Shown here piece after piece: positions 18,944 through 27,521 of a DNA stretch of 64,000 nucleotides (the stretch's first letter is position 1; the number at the start of each line of letters is the position of its first letter). Below the pieces are notes generated by a model. It was given only the letters and a program-made list of their open reading frames with translations. It searched no databases and had not been told where the DNA came from. Origin of the DNA: Methanotrichaceae archaeon (GTDB taxonomy: Archaea; Halobacteriota; Methanosarcinia; Methanotrichales; Methanotrichaceae); NCBI GenBank assembly GCA_963748825.1, contig CAVVKN010000013.1:33195-97194 (forward strand). Direction: 5' to 3'. The position numbers and the translations under genes were made by a program.

Positions 18944-21784
18944 CTATATTTCCTGTATATTTACATCTTTCTGCCTGGAAAATGAGGCATTTTCAATTAT
19001 CCCTGAAACGTCCGCCGTATCTCTGGACACTGCCCAGGCCCAGGTTCCAAAGCCGCCATGAGCATTCACTGCTCTTACCCACTCATCCAGGAATCTGCGC
19101 TTGGTCTTATCCACCTGAGCGTCTATTCCCTTAACCTCCAGAACCAGATGTACACCGTTATTCAAACGAATGATATAGTCCGGCCAGTATTTCTTTATCA
19201 ATCCCTGGAAGATGTATGAGATCTCAAAGCCCAGATGGTCGTTCTTAACCCAGGCCTCTACTTTGGGATTTTGGTCCAGCTCAAAAGATTCCGAGGCCTC
19301 CCAGGTACTATCATAGACACAGAAGTTGATATGCGATTTTTTGGCGGGCTCATTGGGTCTGCCCGTGTACCAGGTTCGCATGTCCCCAGTAGAGCGAATC
19401 GGCCGGTCCACATCAAATACGGGGACTATGGATTCGGAATTATGGAAGCGTATGCTCTCCCAAATGTGCTGGACAACCTTATTCATGTTCAAGGTTATTA
19501 TTATTCTCCTCTTTACATCGTCTTGGTAAGCTAGAACCGGATGTATCTGGATCTTATCGGAAGCAATGAAATCCTCGACAATTCTGATGAGATGGGAAAG
19601 AAGAACCTCTTTATTTGCCTTCCAGCCCGGTTTCATTTGATCGAAGATTTCGCTCGCCGTCTCAAAAATAATCCTTTGCATCCTGAACTTTCGACCCAGC
19701 TCTTCCAGATCGATCTGTGTGAGGTCTGTAATGTCGGGCTTTCCGTCCAGGATCTTGGCCATCTCGGCTCTGGTCAGAGTCTCGTTGGCCTGGATCTCAA
19801 GAGGCGTGACCTCTTTTAGGTCCAGTATCAGTTCGGGGCGGTAAGCATGATCGATGCGGATGATATTGGGCCACCGGATCTCAAACCGTTCCTTCTTCTG
19901 ATCCGGCTCAATTCTGGTCTTGGGAGAAGGCGGCTGGGGTATGGTCTCTTCTGTGGACTCATGAGGCAGGAATGTGAAAGGAACGCCGAAGATGTTGACA
20001 TACTCCGGGTCGAAGAGGCCGCTTTCGGGATTTATCTCGTAGGAGGTTCGGCGCAGGCCCCGGCCCACCACCTGTTCGCAGAGCAGTTGACTGGAGAAGG
20101 CGCGTAGCCCCATAATGTGGGTCACGGTCTTGACATCCCAGCCTTCGGAGAGCATGCCCACCGAGATCACATTTTGAATCTTCTCGCCCGGCTTTCCCTC
20201 CTTTCCCACAGTATCGACAACCTGGCGGAGATATTCGGCTGCATCCTGTTTTGATCTTGGTGATTTTCCGGCGTGCCGACTATCCGCTCCCTCTTCATTG
20301 CCATCCTCTCCACTGTAATCGACGGTGCTGGAGATCGCCGCCTCCTGAGATTCCGCCTCTTCCAGGACTTTGGAGTCGATATGCAGCGTTCTTTCCGGAG
20401 CATAAAGCTCATCGATATGGATCTTCTTGTGATCGAAGGCGTACTTTATCCGGGCGGCGGTTTCAGTACGATTGGCCACCGTGATCATAACGGGCCTCGT
20501 TAGTATGCCTCGGGATTCCCACAGCTTGACCGCCTCCAGCCAGTCTTTGCCGAGAAGATAATAGCCATTCAATACCAGGTCGGGAAGAGGGTCGTGCTCG
20601 GCAGCCTTGCGGCTCAAATCGTCTCTGACATGCTCGTAGATGTGGTAGAGCTTGGAGCGGTAATCTTTGGCATCGGGAACTCCGTCATCCCGGACCACGA
20701 CGCGAGGCGTCTTGACCAGGCCGGATTCAATGGCATCATTGAGGCCGAAGTCGCTAACGATCCAGGAAAAGAGGGCCTCTTCCGATGTCTTTTTGCCGGA
20801 TGGGGCAAAGGGAGTGGCCGTGAAGTCATAGCAGGCCAGGATTCCCCGCGCCTGGTGAATCTTATCCAGGCCGCCCACCCATTTGGTCGCCTCCTCTATC
20901 TCCTCTTTCTTGAAGCCCTTGACCTTGGACTCGGAAGGCAGGCGCCAGGCGTGATGGGCTTCATCGTTTATCACTACTATGTTGCGAGCACCGGACATGT
21001 CGCCCAGCACTTCCCGGACATAGGCCTCATTGCTTTTTGGGCCGCGCTTGTCCACGCTGCGCCTCTTGGCGACCTTCTCCTCCGTCTCCCAGGCCAGTGC
21101 CTGCCAGTTTCTAACGAGAACTCTGGCCTGGCGCAGCTTGTCTTGCAGGCCCGGCGGCACGATGCCAAACTCCTCGTAGTAGTTGCCGGGAAGGGAGGGC
21201 GCGAGTACCTGAAGGCGGCTTTTGACGGTAAGACCGGGGGAGACGACCAGGAAATTCTTGGAGAATCTGGCATCCTGGGGATAGGTGGCCTTGTTGATGG
21301 CCTGCCAGGCAATGAGCATGGCCATATCGATGGTCTTTCCCGAGCCGGTGGCCATCTTGCTGCACAGGCGCAGAAATAGGCCGCCGTCGCTGGGAATAGA
21401 GATGCCCACTCTCTCCGAGGCCGGGGCCTCCGCCAGCCAGATGAGCGTCTCCATGGCCTCTATCTGGCAGAAGAAAAACTTGAGCGGTCTTTGCTCAGGA
21501 TCGCGCCAATGGTCCAGGAGGCGTTTGGTGATGCCGGTCACGCCCGGATATCCTGCCTGCCGCCAGATTTTGACGCGGGAGCGGATCTGGTTTATCATGG
21601 GAAGCTCGATGAAGATGCCCGGATCGTCAAAGGTGCGGGAGGCTTCGGAGGCTACGATGTAACCGGCGGAGCGGCGGCCTTCCTTGAGTGCAAAGGTGCG
21701 TGTCTCCCGGACGTAGGAGTAGTGCTGCCTGGGCTCTTCGTAGGGCGAGGTGATGATCAGCTTCTCGATTGAATTTGATGTCAT
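18944..21784 (-). CDS. res: Type III restriction-modification Res subunit (SF2 helicase + PD-(D/E)xK nuclease)
   Basis: KMATGSGKT Walker A, DEAHH, FTATP, MLSEGWD, QVVGRGLRR, C-terminal YWPDYI..VLEVKG. Confidence 0.88.
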   Translation of the reverse strand: MTSNSIEKLIITSPYEEPRQHYSYVRETRTFALKEGRRSAGYIVASEASRTFDDPGIFIELPMINQIRSRVKIWRQAGYPGVTGITKRLLDHWRDPEQRPLKFFFCQIEAMETLIWLAEAPASERVGISIPSDGGLFLRLCSKMATGSGKTIDMAMLIAWQAINKATYPQDARFSKNFLVVSPGLTVKSRLQVLAPSLPGNYYEEFGIVPPGLQDKLRQARVLVRNWQALAWETEEKVAKRRSVDKRGPKSNEAYVREVLGDMSGARNIVVINDEAHHAWRLPSESKVKGFKKEEIEEATKWVGGLDKIHQARGILACYDFTATPFAPSGKKTSEEALFSWIVSDFGLNDAIESGLVKTPRVVVRDDGVPDAKDYRSKLYHIYEHVRDDLSRKAAEHDPLPDLVLNGYYLLGKDWLEAVKLWESRGILTRPVMITVANRTETAARIKYAFDHKKIHIDELYAPERTLHIDSKVLEEAESQEAAISSTVDYSGEDGNEEGADSRHAGKSPRSKQDAAEYLRQVVDTVGKEGKPGEKIQNVISVGMLSEGWDVKTVTHIMGLRAFSSQLLCEQVVGRGLRRTSYEINPESGLFDPEYVNIFGVPFTFLPHESTEETIPQPPSPKTRIEPDQKKERFEIRWPNIIRIDHAYRPELILDLKEVTPLEIQANETLTRAEMAKILDGKPDITDLTQIDLEELGRKFRMQRIIFETASEIFDQMKPGWKANKEVLLSHLIRIVEDFIASDKIQIHPVLAYQDDVKRRIIITLNMNKVVQHIWESIRFHNSESIVPVFDVDRPIRSTGDMRTWYTGRPNEPAKKSHINFCVYDSTWEASESFELDQNPKVEAWVKNDHLGFEISYIFQGLIKKYWPDYIIRLNNGVHLVLEVKGIDAQVDKTKRRFLDEWVRAVNAHGGFGTWAWAVSRDTADVSGIIENASFSRQKDVNIQEI

Positions 21785-22995
21785 TTGGCCCTCCGCATTT
21801 TATCGGTAAAATCGAGGTTTAAGCCCATGAATTCGGAAAGTCCTTCCATCAAATCCAAAGAACCGGCATATTCCATAACTACCTCATCGGCACTCATGCC
21901 GGACTCCATGTCATCTACCATTGCGGGAATTGATGAAGCAGAAACGGCTAAGGTTCCTTCTTTGTAGCTGCCCGCCGCCAGTAAGATGATCTCTTTGGCC
22001 GTGATTGGAGTGATTTTGTATTTCAAGAATTCAGAGCTATGAGTGCTCATGATGAGCTGTTTTTTCCTTCCCAAGGCAGATCCAATATAAAGTATGTAGC
22101 ACATTTGATGGATGGTCTCGGGGTTGAGGCAGGCTTCCGGATTTTCCAGTAACAGAAGCGGGTCGTCTTCCAAAGACGTCCAGAGAATCGCAAAGGCGGC
22201 CAGGGTTCCGTCTGATATCTGGTCCATATTAAATTTAGCTCTGGGCCTGCCGATGTCAAAAGTGCCCTCCAGATCCGGCCGGACCGACTTGCTGGGGGAG
22301 AAACGAAGCTTGGGCATTTGGGGCATGGCCATCTTCAGAGTGTCTTCTATTACCCGGATTTTGTTTTCCCTCTTATCCTCCGGCATCTCGGCCACTCTCT
22401 GCAGAATCTTTCTGCCGAAGGGATCGCCTGGGATATCGGCGGGTGGGAAAGGAAACTGGTGGCGCAGGAGCATGGGATTGAAGTTGAGGTAACTGATTGA
22501 TCTCAAAAAGCATGTGATTTCTTTGAGATCGATTCTATCGGAGCTAATGCCGGAAAGGACCGTTTCGAGTCGAGTCTGGGCCAAAAAGTCTGAATTATCA
22601 ACATCTTTCCTGTCCGGACGGTCCAGAATCAGCTCTCCACTCTTTCTAACGCGCTCATAGGCCAGTAGAGGTGATCCGGACGGCCCGGAGGTGATGCCCA
22701 GAGAGTAGCGATAGTAGGTTCCAATTAATAGCGAGTCTGCCAGGTGGATCTCCAGCTCCACAAGCTCCTTCTTTTTGGCGGCGGCAAACTTGATTTTTTC
22801 CAGGCCACCCCGAGCATGCAGCGCAAAAGAGAGCCCACCATCGGGCCGGGCGATATCGCAAAGGAAGCGAAGCGCATCCAGGAGATTGGACTTACCGATG
22901 CCGTTCGGACCCATTATGAAGGTGCGAGCACTGAGGGGAACGTCAACCGATTTAAAATTCTTCCAGTTCTTTAAAATCAATCGAGAGATCATCAT
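21781..22995 (-). CDS. ABC/SMC-type AAA family ATPase, copy 2 (degenerate Walker B)
   Basis: LKNWKNF, GPNGIGKSN, ISDGT signature, LLLLENPE, STHS. ATGA overlap with res. Confidence 0.82.
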   Translation of the reverse strand: MMISRLILKNWKNFKSVDVPLSARTFIMGPNGIGKSNLLDALRFLCDIARPDGGLSFALHARGGLEKIKFAAAKKKELVELEIHLADSLLIGTYYRYSLGITSGPSGSPLLAYERVRKSGELILDRPDRKDVDNSDFLAQTRLETVLSGISSDRIDLKEITCFLRSISYLNFNPMLLRHQFPFPPADIPGDPFGRKILQRVAEMPEDKRENKIRVIEDTLKMAMPQMPKLRFSPSKSVRPDLEGTFDIGRPRAKFNMDQISDGTLAAFAILWTSLEDDPLLLLENPEACLNPETIHQMCYILYIGSALGRKKQLIMSTHSSEFLKYKITPITAKEIILLAAGSYKEGTLAVSASSIPAMVDDMESGMSADEVVMEYAGSLDLMEGLSEFMGLNLDFTDKMRRAK

Positions 22996-23567
22996 GGCAA
23001 TCTTTCTCCGCTTGGGTTTTCATCTTCTATCCGTGCTTCGTTCTGCCAGACGGACTGAAAGCTTTCTATGGCTTTGACAGCACGCATCAGGCTGGGAGAG
23101 CTGCTTTTGGCAAGCAGAGGGTCCCATTGATCCTGGACGAACTCGCAAAGACGCTTGTTGTAGGCAGGTCCGACCTTCGCCGTGCTTCCCGGCTTTGGCA
23201 CGAGATTCATGCGAATGGTCCTTTTTCGAGAGGCTCTGGCCAGATTAACCAAAAGCTGTTTGGGATCGGGGATTGTGTCCGGCTGCGCAGGAAAACTCTC
23301 TCGCCCAATGCCCAAAAAATCAGCCATATTCTCTTGATCGGCCAGTATCCACGATTCAACTTCACAGACAGCGATTCGAAAGATGAGATTGGGGCTGGCA
23401 GGGACCGGTAGCCATTCTCTGAGCTTCAGGGGTGCGCACTCGTCAGTGTCCAGGTCAGTGAGGATGAGGTAAGGCATGCCTCTCGCTGCTTGATTGAAGC
23501 CCTTTATTCGCTTTTTGAGAAAGCCTGCGCCGTGACCGTGAAAGCGATCGCCTATTTGATATCTCAT
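22992..23567 (-). CDS. DUF4276-like TOPRIM-fold protein (N-terminally short)
   Basis: GFLKKRIKGFNQAA, LTDLD (DxD), CAP, EVESWILAD, PDPKQ, SPSL. The ATG follows the ATPase stop (TGAgATG). Confidence 0.7.
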   Translation of the reverse strand: MRYQIGDRFHGHGAGFLKKRIKGFNQAARGMPYLILTDLDTDECAPLKLREWLPVPASPNLIFRIAVCEVESWILADQENMADFLGIGRESFPAQPDTIPDPKQLLVNLARASRKRTIRMNLVPKPGSTAKVGPAYNKRLCEFVQDQWDPLLAKSSSPSLMRAVKAIESFQSVWQNEARIEDENPSGERLP

Positions 23568-23568
23568 C

Positions 23569-24717
23569 TCAAAGCTTCCATTGGGCAAGCGTTCTCTCCA
23601 CTCTGGGAAGTACCGCTTCCCCTGCGCTAAATCCCGCTTCGAGGAGATCTCTTGTCTCCGGGATAGATGAGGCGGGACGAACCTTTGTCCCCTCAGGGCC
23701 CGGCTCAAGGACCAGGACCTCTTCGCCACCTATTCCCAAATCACTCAGCAGATCAAAGCTATGCGTGCTGATGATCACCTGTCGCATCTGTTTTCTGTGG
23801 CTTTGCACGCTGTGAATCTCGGCTGCCAGCCTGCGCACTACTCTCGCCGGCAGGGAGATCTCCGGCTCTTCCAGAAGCAAAAGAGTGGTGGCGTCATCGA
23901 GCAGAGACCAGAAGAGAGCTATCAGGCGCAGTGTGCCTTCGGAAAACTGATCTTCCCGTTGCTTTCTTGAGCCGGAAAGCCAGTGACTGAAGCGCGTTTC
24001 CAGGTGAGGGGTTCTTGAGGCGTCGTCCCAGATCAGGGTAAGATCTTCCAGTTGAGGAACTGCTGCCTGAAGTGCAGCCTGTATCTTATTCAAGCGGACG
24101 GCACGAACCTTCGGGGAGGTATTTTCTATTCTCTCCAGGAGCTTTCTGCCGAATGGATCGTCTTGAGTTTCAGGCCCAGCAAATGTGGCCGGTTTTTGCA
24201 GGAGCTGGGGGACGAAGCTATGATATTGCAGAGACTGCACAAATGCGGCGACCTCTCTGAACTGCTGATGAGATGTCTTGCTTTCCAGATAGGTCTGCTC
24301 CAGGCGTTCGGGGTATTTTGCATCTTCTTCGTCCGGTCTGCTTAATATCTGCTTTTCTCCCTCCCAGACTCTCTCATAAATCAGATGGGGCGGACGGGAG
24401 TTTTCATTTTCCTCGATTCCCAGGGAGTAGATCCATCTCGGCCTTTGACCTTGCTCATCAGATAGGAATATCTGGATCTCGACGAGGGCATTTTTCTTGG
24501 CGGAGAGGCTGCGAATCTGAGAAAGGCCGCCCCGGTCCTGGATGGCTTCCTGCAGCCCGCCTCGCATTCCGGCGATGCCATGCAAGAAGAGAAGAGCATC
24601 CATTAAATTGGACTTTCCCGAGGCGTTGGGGCCCACCAGAAAGACGCGCGGTCCCAGGGTGACATCCACCGAGGAGAAGTTCTTCCAGTTCTTCAAAATC
24701 AGGCGGGAGACGATCAT
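23569..24717 (-). CDS. ABC/SMC-type AAA family ATPase, copy 1
   Basis: LKNWKNF, GPNASGKSN Walker A, FSEGT signature, LLLLEEPE Walker B, STHS H-loop. Confidence 0.85.
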   Translation of the reverse strand: MIVSRLILKNWKNFSSVDVTLGPRVFLVGPNASGKSNLMDALLFLHGIAGMRGGLQEAIQDRGGLSQIRSLSAKKNALVEIQIFLSDEQGQRPRWIYSLGIEENENSRPPHLIYERVWEGEKQILSRPDEEDAKYPERLEQTYLESKTSHQQFREVAAFVQSLQYHSFVPQLLQKPATFAGPETQDDPFGRKLLERIENTSPKVRAVRLNKIQAALQAAVPQLEDLTLIWDDASRTPHLETRFSHWLSGSRKQREDQFSEGTLRLIALFWSLLDDATTLLLLEEPEISLPARVVRRLAAEIHSVQSHRKQMRQVIISTHSFDLLSDLGIGGEEVLVLEPGPEGTKVRPASSIPETRDLLEAGFSAGEAVLPRVERTLAQWKL

Positions 24718-24718
24718 C

Positions 24719-27295
24719 TCACTTTACCTCCATAATCCTCAGGCTCTCTATGCCCCGGTCGTCAATGATCTTCACTGCCACCCGCTCATGGGGGCCGGGC
24801 TGGAAGGGCAGGGAGAGCGTGCCCCGGTAGGCCTCCATCAGCTCTTCGTCTACCTCTGCCTTCAGGTTCTTGGCCAGGCGCGACCAGCCGTCCTTGGCTC
24901 CCGAAAGCGGGAAGAAGACCTGGCGGGGATAGAGGCTTCTGCCGTCGTAGTCGGTGTCCAGCATCCACATGGCGATATTCTCTGTGCCGCCGGATTCGAC
25001 TGTGCCGGAGCGCGGATCGTAGTAGTCGAAGCCCTGCACCTCTACCTGGTACTTGTCCCGGTCTTTTCCCTCTTTGACCCTGAAAAGCCGCACATCCGGC
25101 TGGCCGATCAGCCAGAAGCTCTCGTTGCTGGCTCTCTTCTTCTTGAGGTCCTCGGTGAACAAATCGGCATTCATCTGCACCTTGAGCAAGGTCAGGCCGG
25201 GCCAGTTGGTCTCGTCGATATCTTTGGCCGCTTCGGGATCGAACTGGAATGCGGCAAATACTATTATCTTGGGCCGGGGCACCAGGAAGTGGGACTCCTC
25301 GATGGCCCGCTCCACCTGGCGCTGCTCCAAAGGCGCGTGCTCCGGCCCGAAGCTAACTGCCGCCCGCTGCGCTTCGCCCTTTGTCTCGGCATCGGCATGC
25401 AGCCAGCGGGTGCCCGGCAGGGGCTCGACGCGGGAGAACTCGATTCTCTGCCCGGCCCGGCCCCGGATGCCGGTACGCAAAAGCTCATCGCGCCACTCCT
25501 GCTGGCGCAGCGTCTCGCCGGAACGAGAGATGGAACCATCCGCCGCCTGCTGGGCTGTAGCCCCTAGCTCCTGGAGGGGCTTGACCGTGGGAGCCGGCAC
25601 CGCCTCCACTGTGAAGGGGCCGGAGACGCGCGCCTTGCTTTTGTCCAGGTGGGGCTGGTCGTAGAGCGTCTCCTGATCGGCATATTTGGATATGGCCGCA
25701 TCGATCTCTTTGCGGCTCATGCCCTCCTTAATCTCGGGATTGTTGGCGATAGACTTGAGGGTGACATGGGGAACGGTCTTGTAGACAAAGCCGCTGCCCA
25801 CGCCCTCCTCCGGGTGGGCCAGCTCGTAGTAATCGAAAAGCGCAGTCATGAGTCGCTGCTTGGCCAGAGCGATGGCCACGCGAGAGGTGTCGCAGGTGAT
25901 CCAGCGACGGCCCCATTGCTCGGCCACAAAGGCGGTGGTTCCAGAGCCGCAGGTGGGATCGAGAACCAGGTCGCCGGGGTCGGTGGTCATGAGGAGACAG
26001 CGTTGAACAACCCGTGGTGCTGTTTGGACAACAAAAACTTGCTCTTCTGTAAAGCTTCCCGTGCCCAATCCTGTCCAAGTATTATTTAAAAGAGAGAATG
26101 AAAAATCGTCAAGATATCGAATGTATCGCAAGCTATTGGTAGTTGATGTCATTCGTCTGGCAGCAGTGAGACGATTCATTCCATCAATCGTAGTCTTCCA
26201 ATGCGAATTCGGTGGACATTTGTAGACCTTGCCATTAAAAATATAATCAAGAGATCCGCCTTCGGAATATCCGCTAGATGTCATGCTTGTAGGCTGGTAA
26301 AGCATTGAGCCTTTGGGCATTAGAGAACGATTTCGTTTTTCTTCGGCTCTTAAAGATCTCTTCGTCCCATCTTCTAGCTGTATCCAAGAATAAGACTCAG
26401 CAATACCCATTTCTTTTTTGCTCAAAAGAAGTGGTCTAAATTTTTGCATTTTTTTATTCTTTGCATAGAATAGTAGATAATCGCATACATTTGCTAAAAT
26501 ATCAGCAGAAAGACTTCCTGTCTTTGTAAAGGAGATCAACGAACAAAAATTATCTTTTCCAAAAACTTCATCCATAATTTCTCGCACATGATGCACATTC
26601 TCATCGCTGATCTGCACAAAAATTGATCCATTCTCGCTCAGCAGCTCTCGCGCCAGCAGCATCCGATCCCGCAGGTAAGAGAGGTAGGAGTGAATGCCCA
26701 GCTCCCAGGTGTCCCGGAAGGCCTTGATGGTCTCCGGCTCCTGGGTGAGATCCTCATCCTTGCCGTCCTTGACATCCCTCTTGTTGACAAAGGGCTGGAA
26801 GTTGCTTCCATACCTAATGCCATAGGGCGGATCGATGTAGATCATCTGCACCTGGCCCGCCAGGCCCTCCTTCTCCAGGAGCGAGTTCATGACCAGCAGA
26901 GAGTCGCCGGCCACCAGCCGGTTGGACCAGCCGTGTCGGTGCTTGTAGAACTCGATCGCCTCTCGCACGGGCAGATTCTCGCCGGAAAACTCGAAGAGCG
27001 AGGCCTGCTTGGCGGCCAGGCCGCTCTTACGTCGCACGGCGGCGATGATGGTGCGAGGATCGATCCGCTCATGCACGTGCAGGGAGACGGTGGGAACCAA
27101 AAAGGAGGTATGCTCCGCCTTTCCGGCCCAGACAAGCTGGGGATCGAGATGCGGATCGTGGGAGTAGCTGCGGCTGCCCTCCTCCCGGTCGGTTTCGGGC
27201 GTGACCAGGCCCACGGGCGGGTTGTTGAGCCGCTGCTTGTCTTTATGCTCGTAGGTCTCGATGGGCTTTTTGTACGGCTTATGGGCGCTGGTCAT
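24719..27295 (-). CDS. mod: Type III restriction-modification Mod subunit (beta-class amino-methyltransferase)
   Basis: IYIDPPY catalytic motif precedes the VLDPTCGSGTT SAM-binding motif, with the TRD between them. Ends in AVKIIDDRG. Confidence 0.9.
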   Translation of the reverse strand: MTSAHKPYKKPIETYEHKDKQRLNNPPVGLVTPETDREEGSRSYSHDPHLDPQLVWAGKAEHTSFLVPTVSLHVHERIDPRTIIAAVRRKSGLAAKQASLFEFSGENLPVREAIEFYKHRHGWSNRLVAGDSLLVMNSLLEKEGLAGQVQMIYIDPPYGIRYGSNFQPFVNKRDVKDGKDEDLTQEPETIKAFRDTWELGIHSYLSYLRDRMLLARELLSENGSIFVQISDENVHHVREIMDEVFGKDNFCSLISFTKTGSLSADILANVCDYLLFYAKNKKMQKFRPLLLSKKEMGIAESYSWIQLEDGTKRSLRAEEKRNRSLMPKGSMLYQPTSMTSSGYSEGGSLDYIFNGKVYKCPPNSHWKTTIDGMNRLTAARRMTSTTNSLRYIRYLDDFSFSLLNNTWTGLGTGSFTEEQVFVVQTAPRVVQRCLLMTTDPGDLVLDPTCGSGTTAFVAEQWGRRWITCDTSRVAIALAKQRLMTALFDYYELAHPEEGVGSGFVYKTVPHVTLKSIANNPEIKEGMSRKEIDAAISKYADQETLYDQPHLDKSKARVSGPFTVEAVPAPTVKPLQELGATAQQAADGSISRSGETLRQQEWRDELLRTGIRGRAGQRIEFSRVEPLPGTRWLHADAETKGEAQRAAVSFGPEHAPLEQRQVERAIEESHFLVPRPKIIVFAAFQFDPEAAKDIDETNWPGLTLLKVQMNADLFTEDLKKKRASNESFWLIGQPDVRLFRVKEGKDRDKYQVEVQGFDYYDPRSGTVESGGTENIAMWMLDTDYDGRSLYPRQVFFPLSGAKDGWSRLAKNLKAEVDEELMEAYRGTLSLPFQPGPHERVAVKIIDDRGIESLRIMEVK

Positions 27296-27363
27296 TTCTG
27301 TTCGGGTCTCCCTCCCTCTTGCCTTGGATCGCAGGGGCGAAAAATGTTTCGGAAGGATTACGC

Positions 27364-27470
27364 ATCTTTGTGGGCTTTGTGATCTTTGTGGTTTATATTC
27401 GCAGTGTGATAATTAAATCAGGGTCTACGAGATTAGAACCATAAAGAGAAAGCACAAAAAGAGCATTAAA
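27364..27470. repeat. 9-nt-period CTTTGTG triple repeat with a degenerate inverted copy
   Basis: CTTTGTG at 27366, 27375 and 27384. Complementary AACCATAAAGA and AGCACAAA at 27437-27458. Confidence 0.5.
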
Positions 27471-27521
27471 AAATTATTAGCCTGCAAGTCCGCTCGACCT
27501 GCAGGTGTTTTCTTCTCTCTT

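Noticed and set aside
23568-23729. Long N-terminal extension of the DUF4276-like ORF from the ORF track
   Set aside because: It overlaps ATPase1 by 161 nt and has no family motif. The coupled ATG at 23567 is preferred.
24719-27295. Phase-variable mod with a simple sequence repeat
   Set aside because: There is no tandem SSR tract in the gene, only short A/T runs within the AT-rich TRD.
18900-27520. Integrative element or provirus carrying the R-M operon
   Set aside because: No integrase, transposase, tRNA target or flanking direct repeats were seen.
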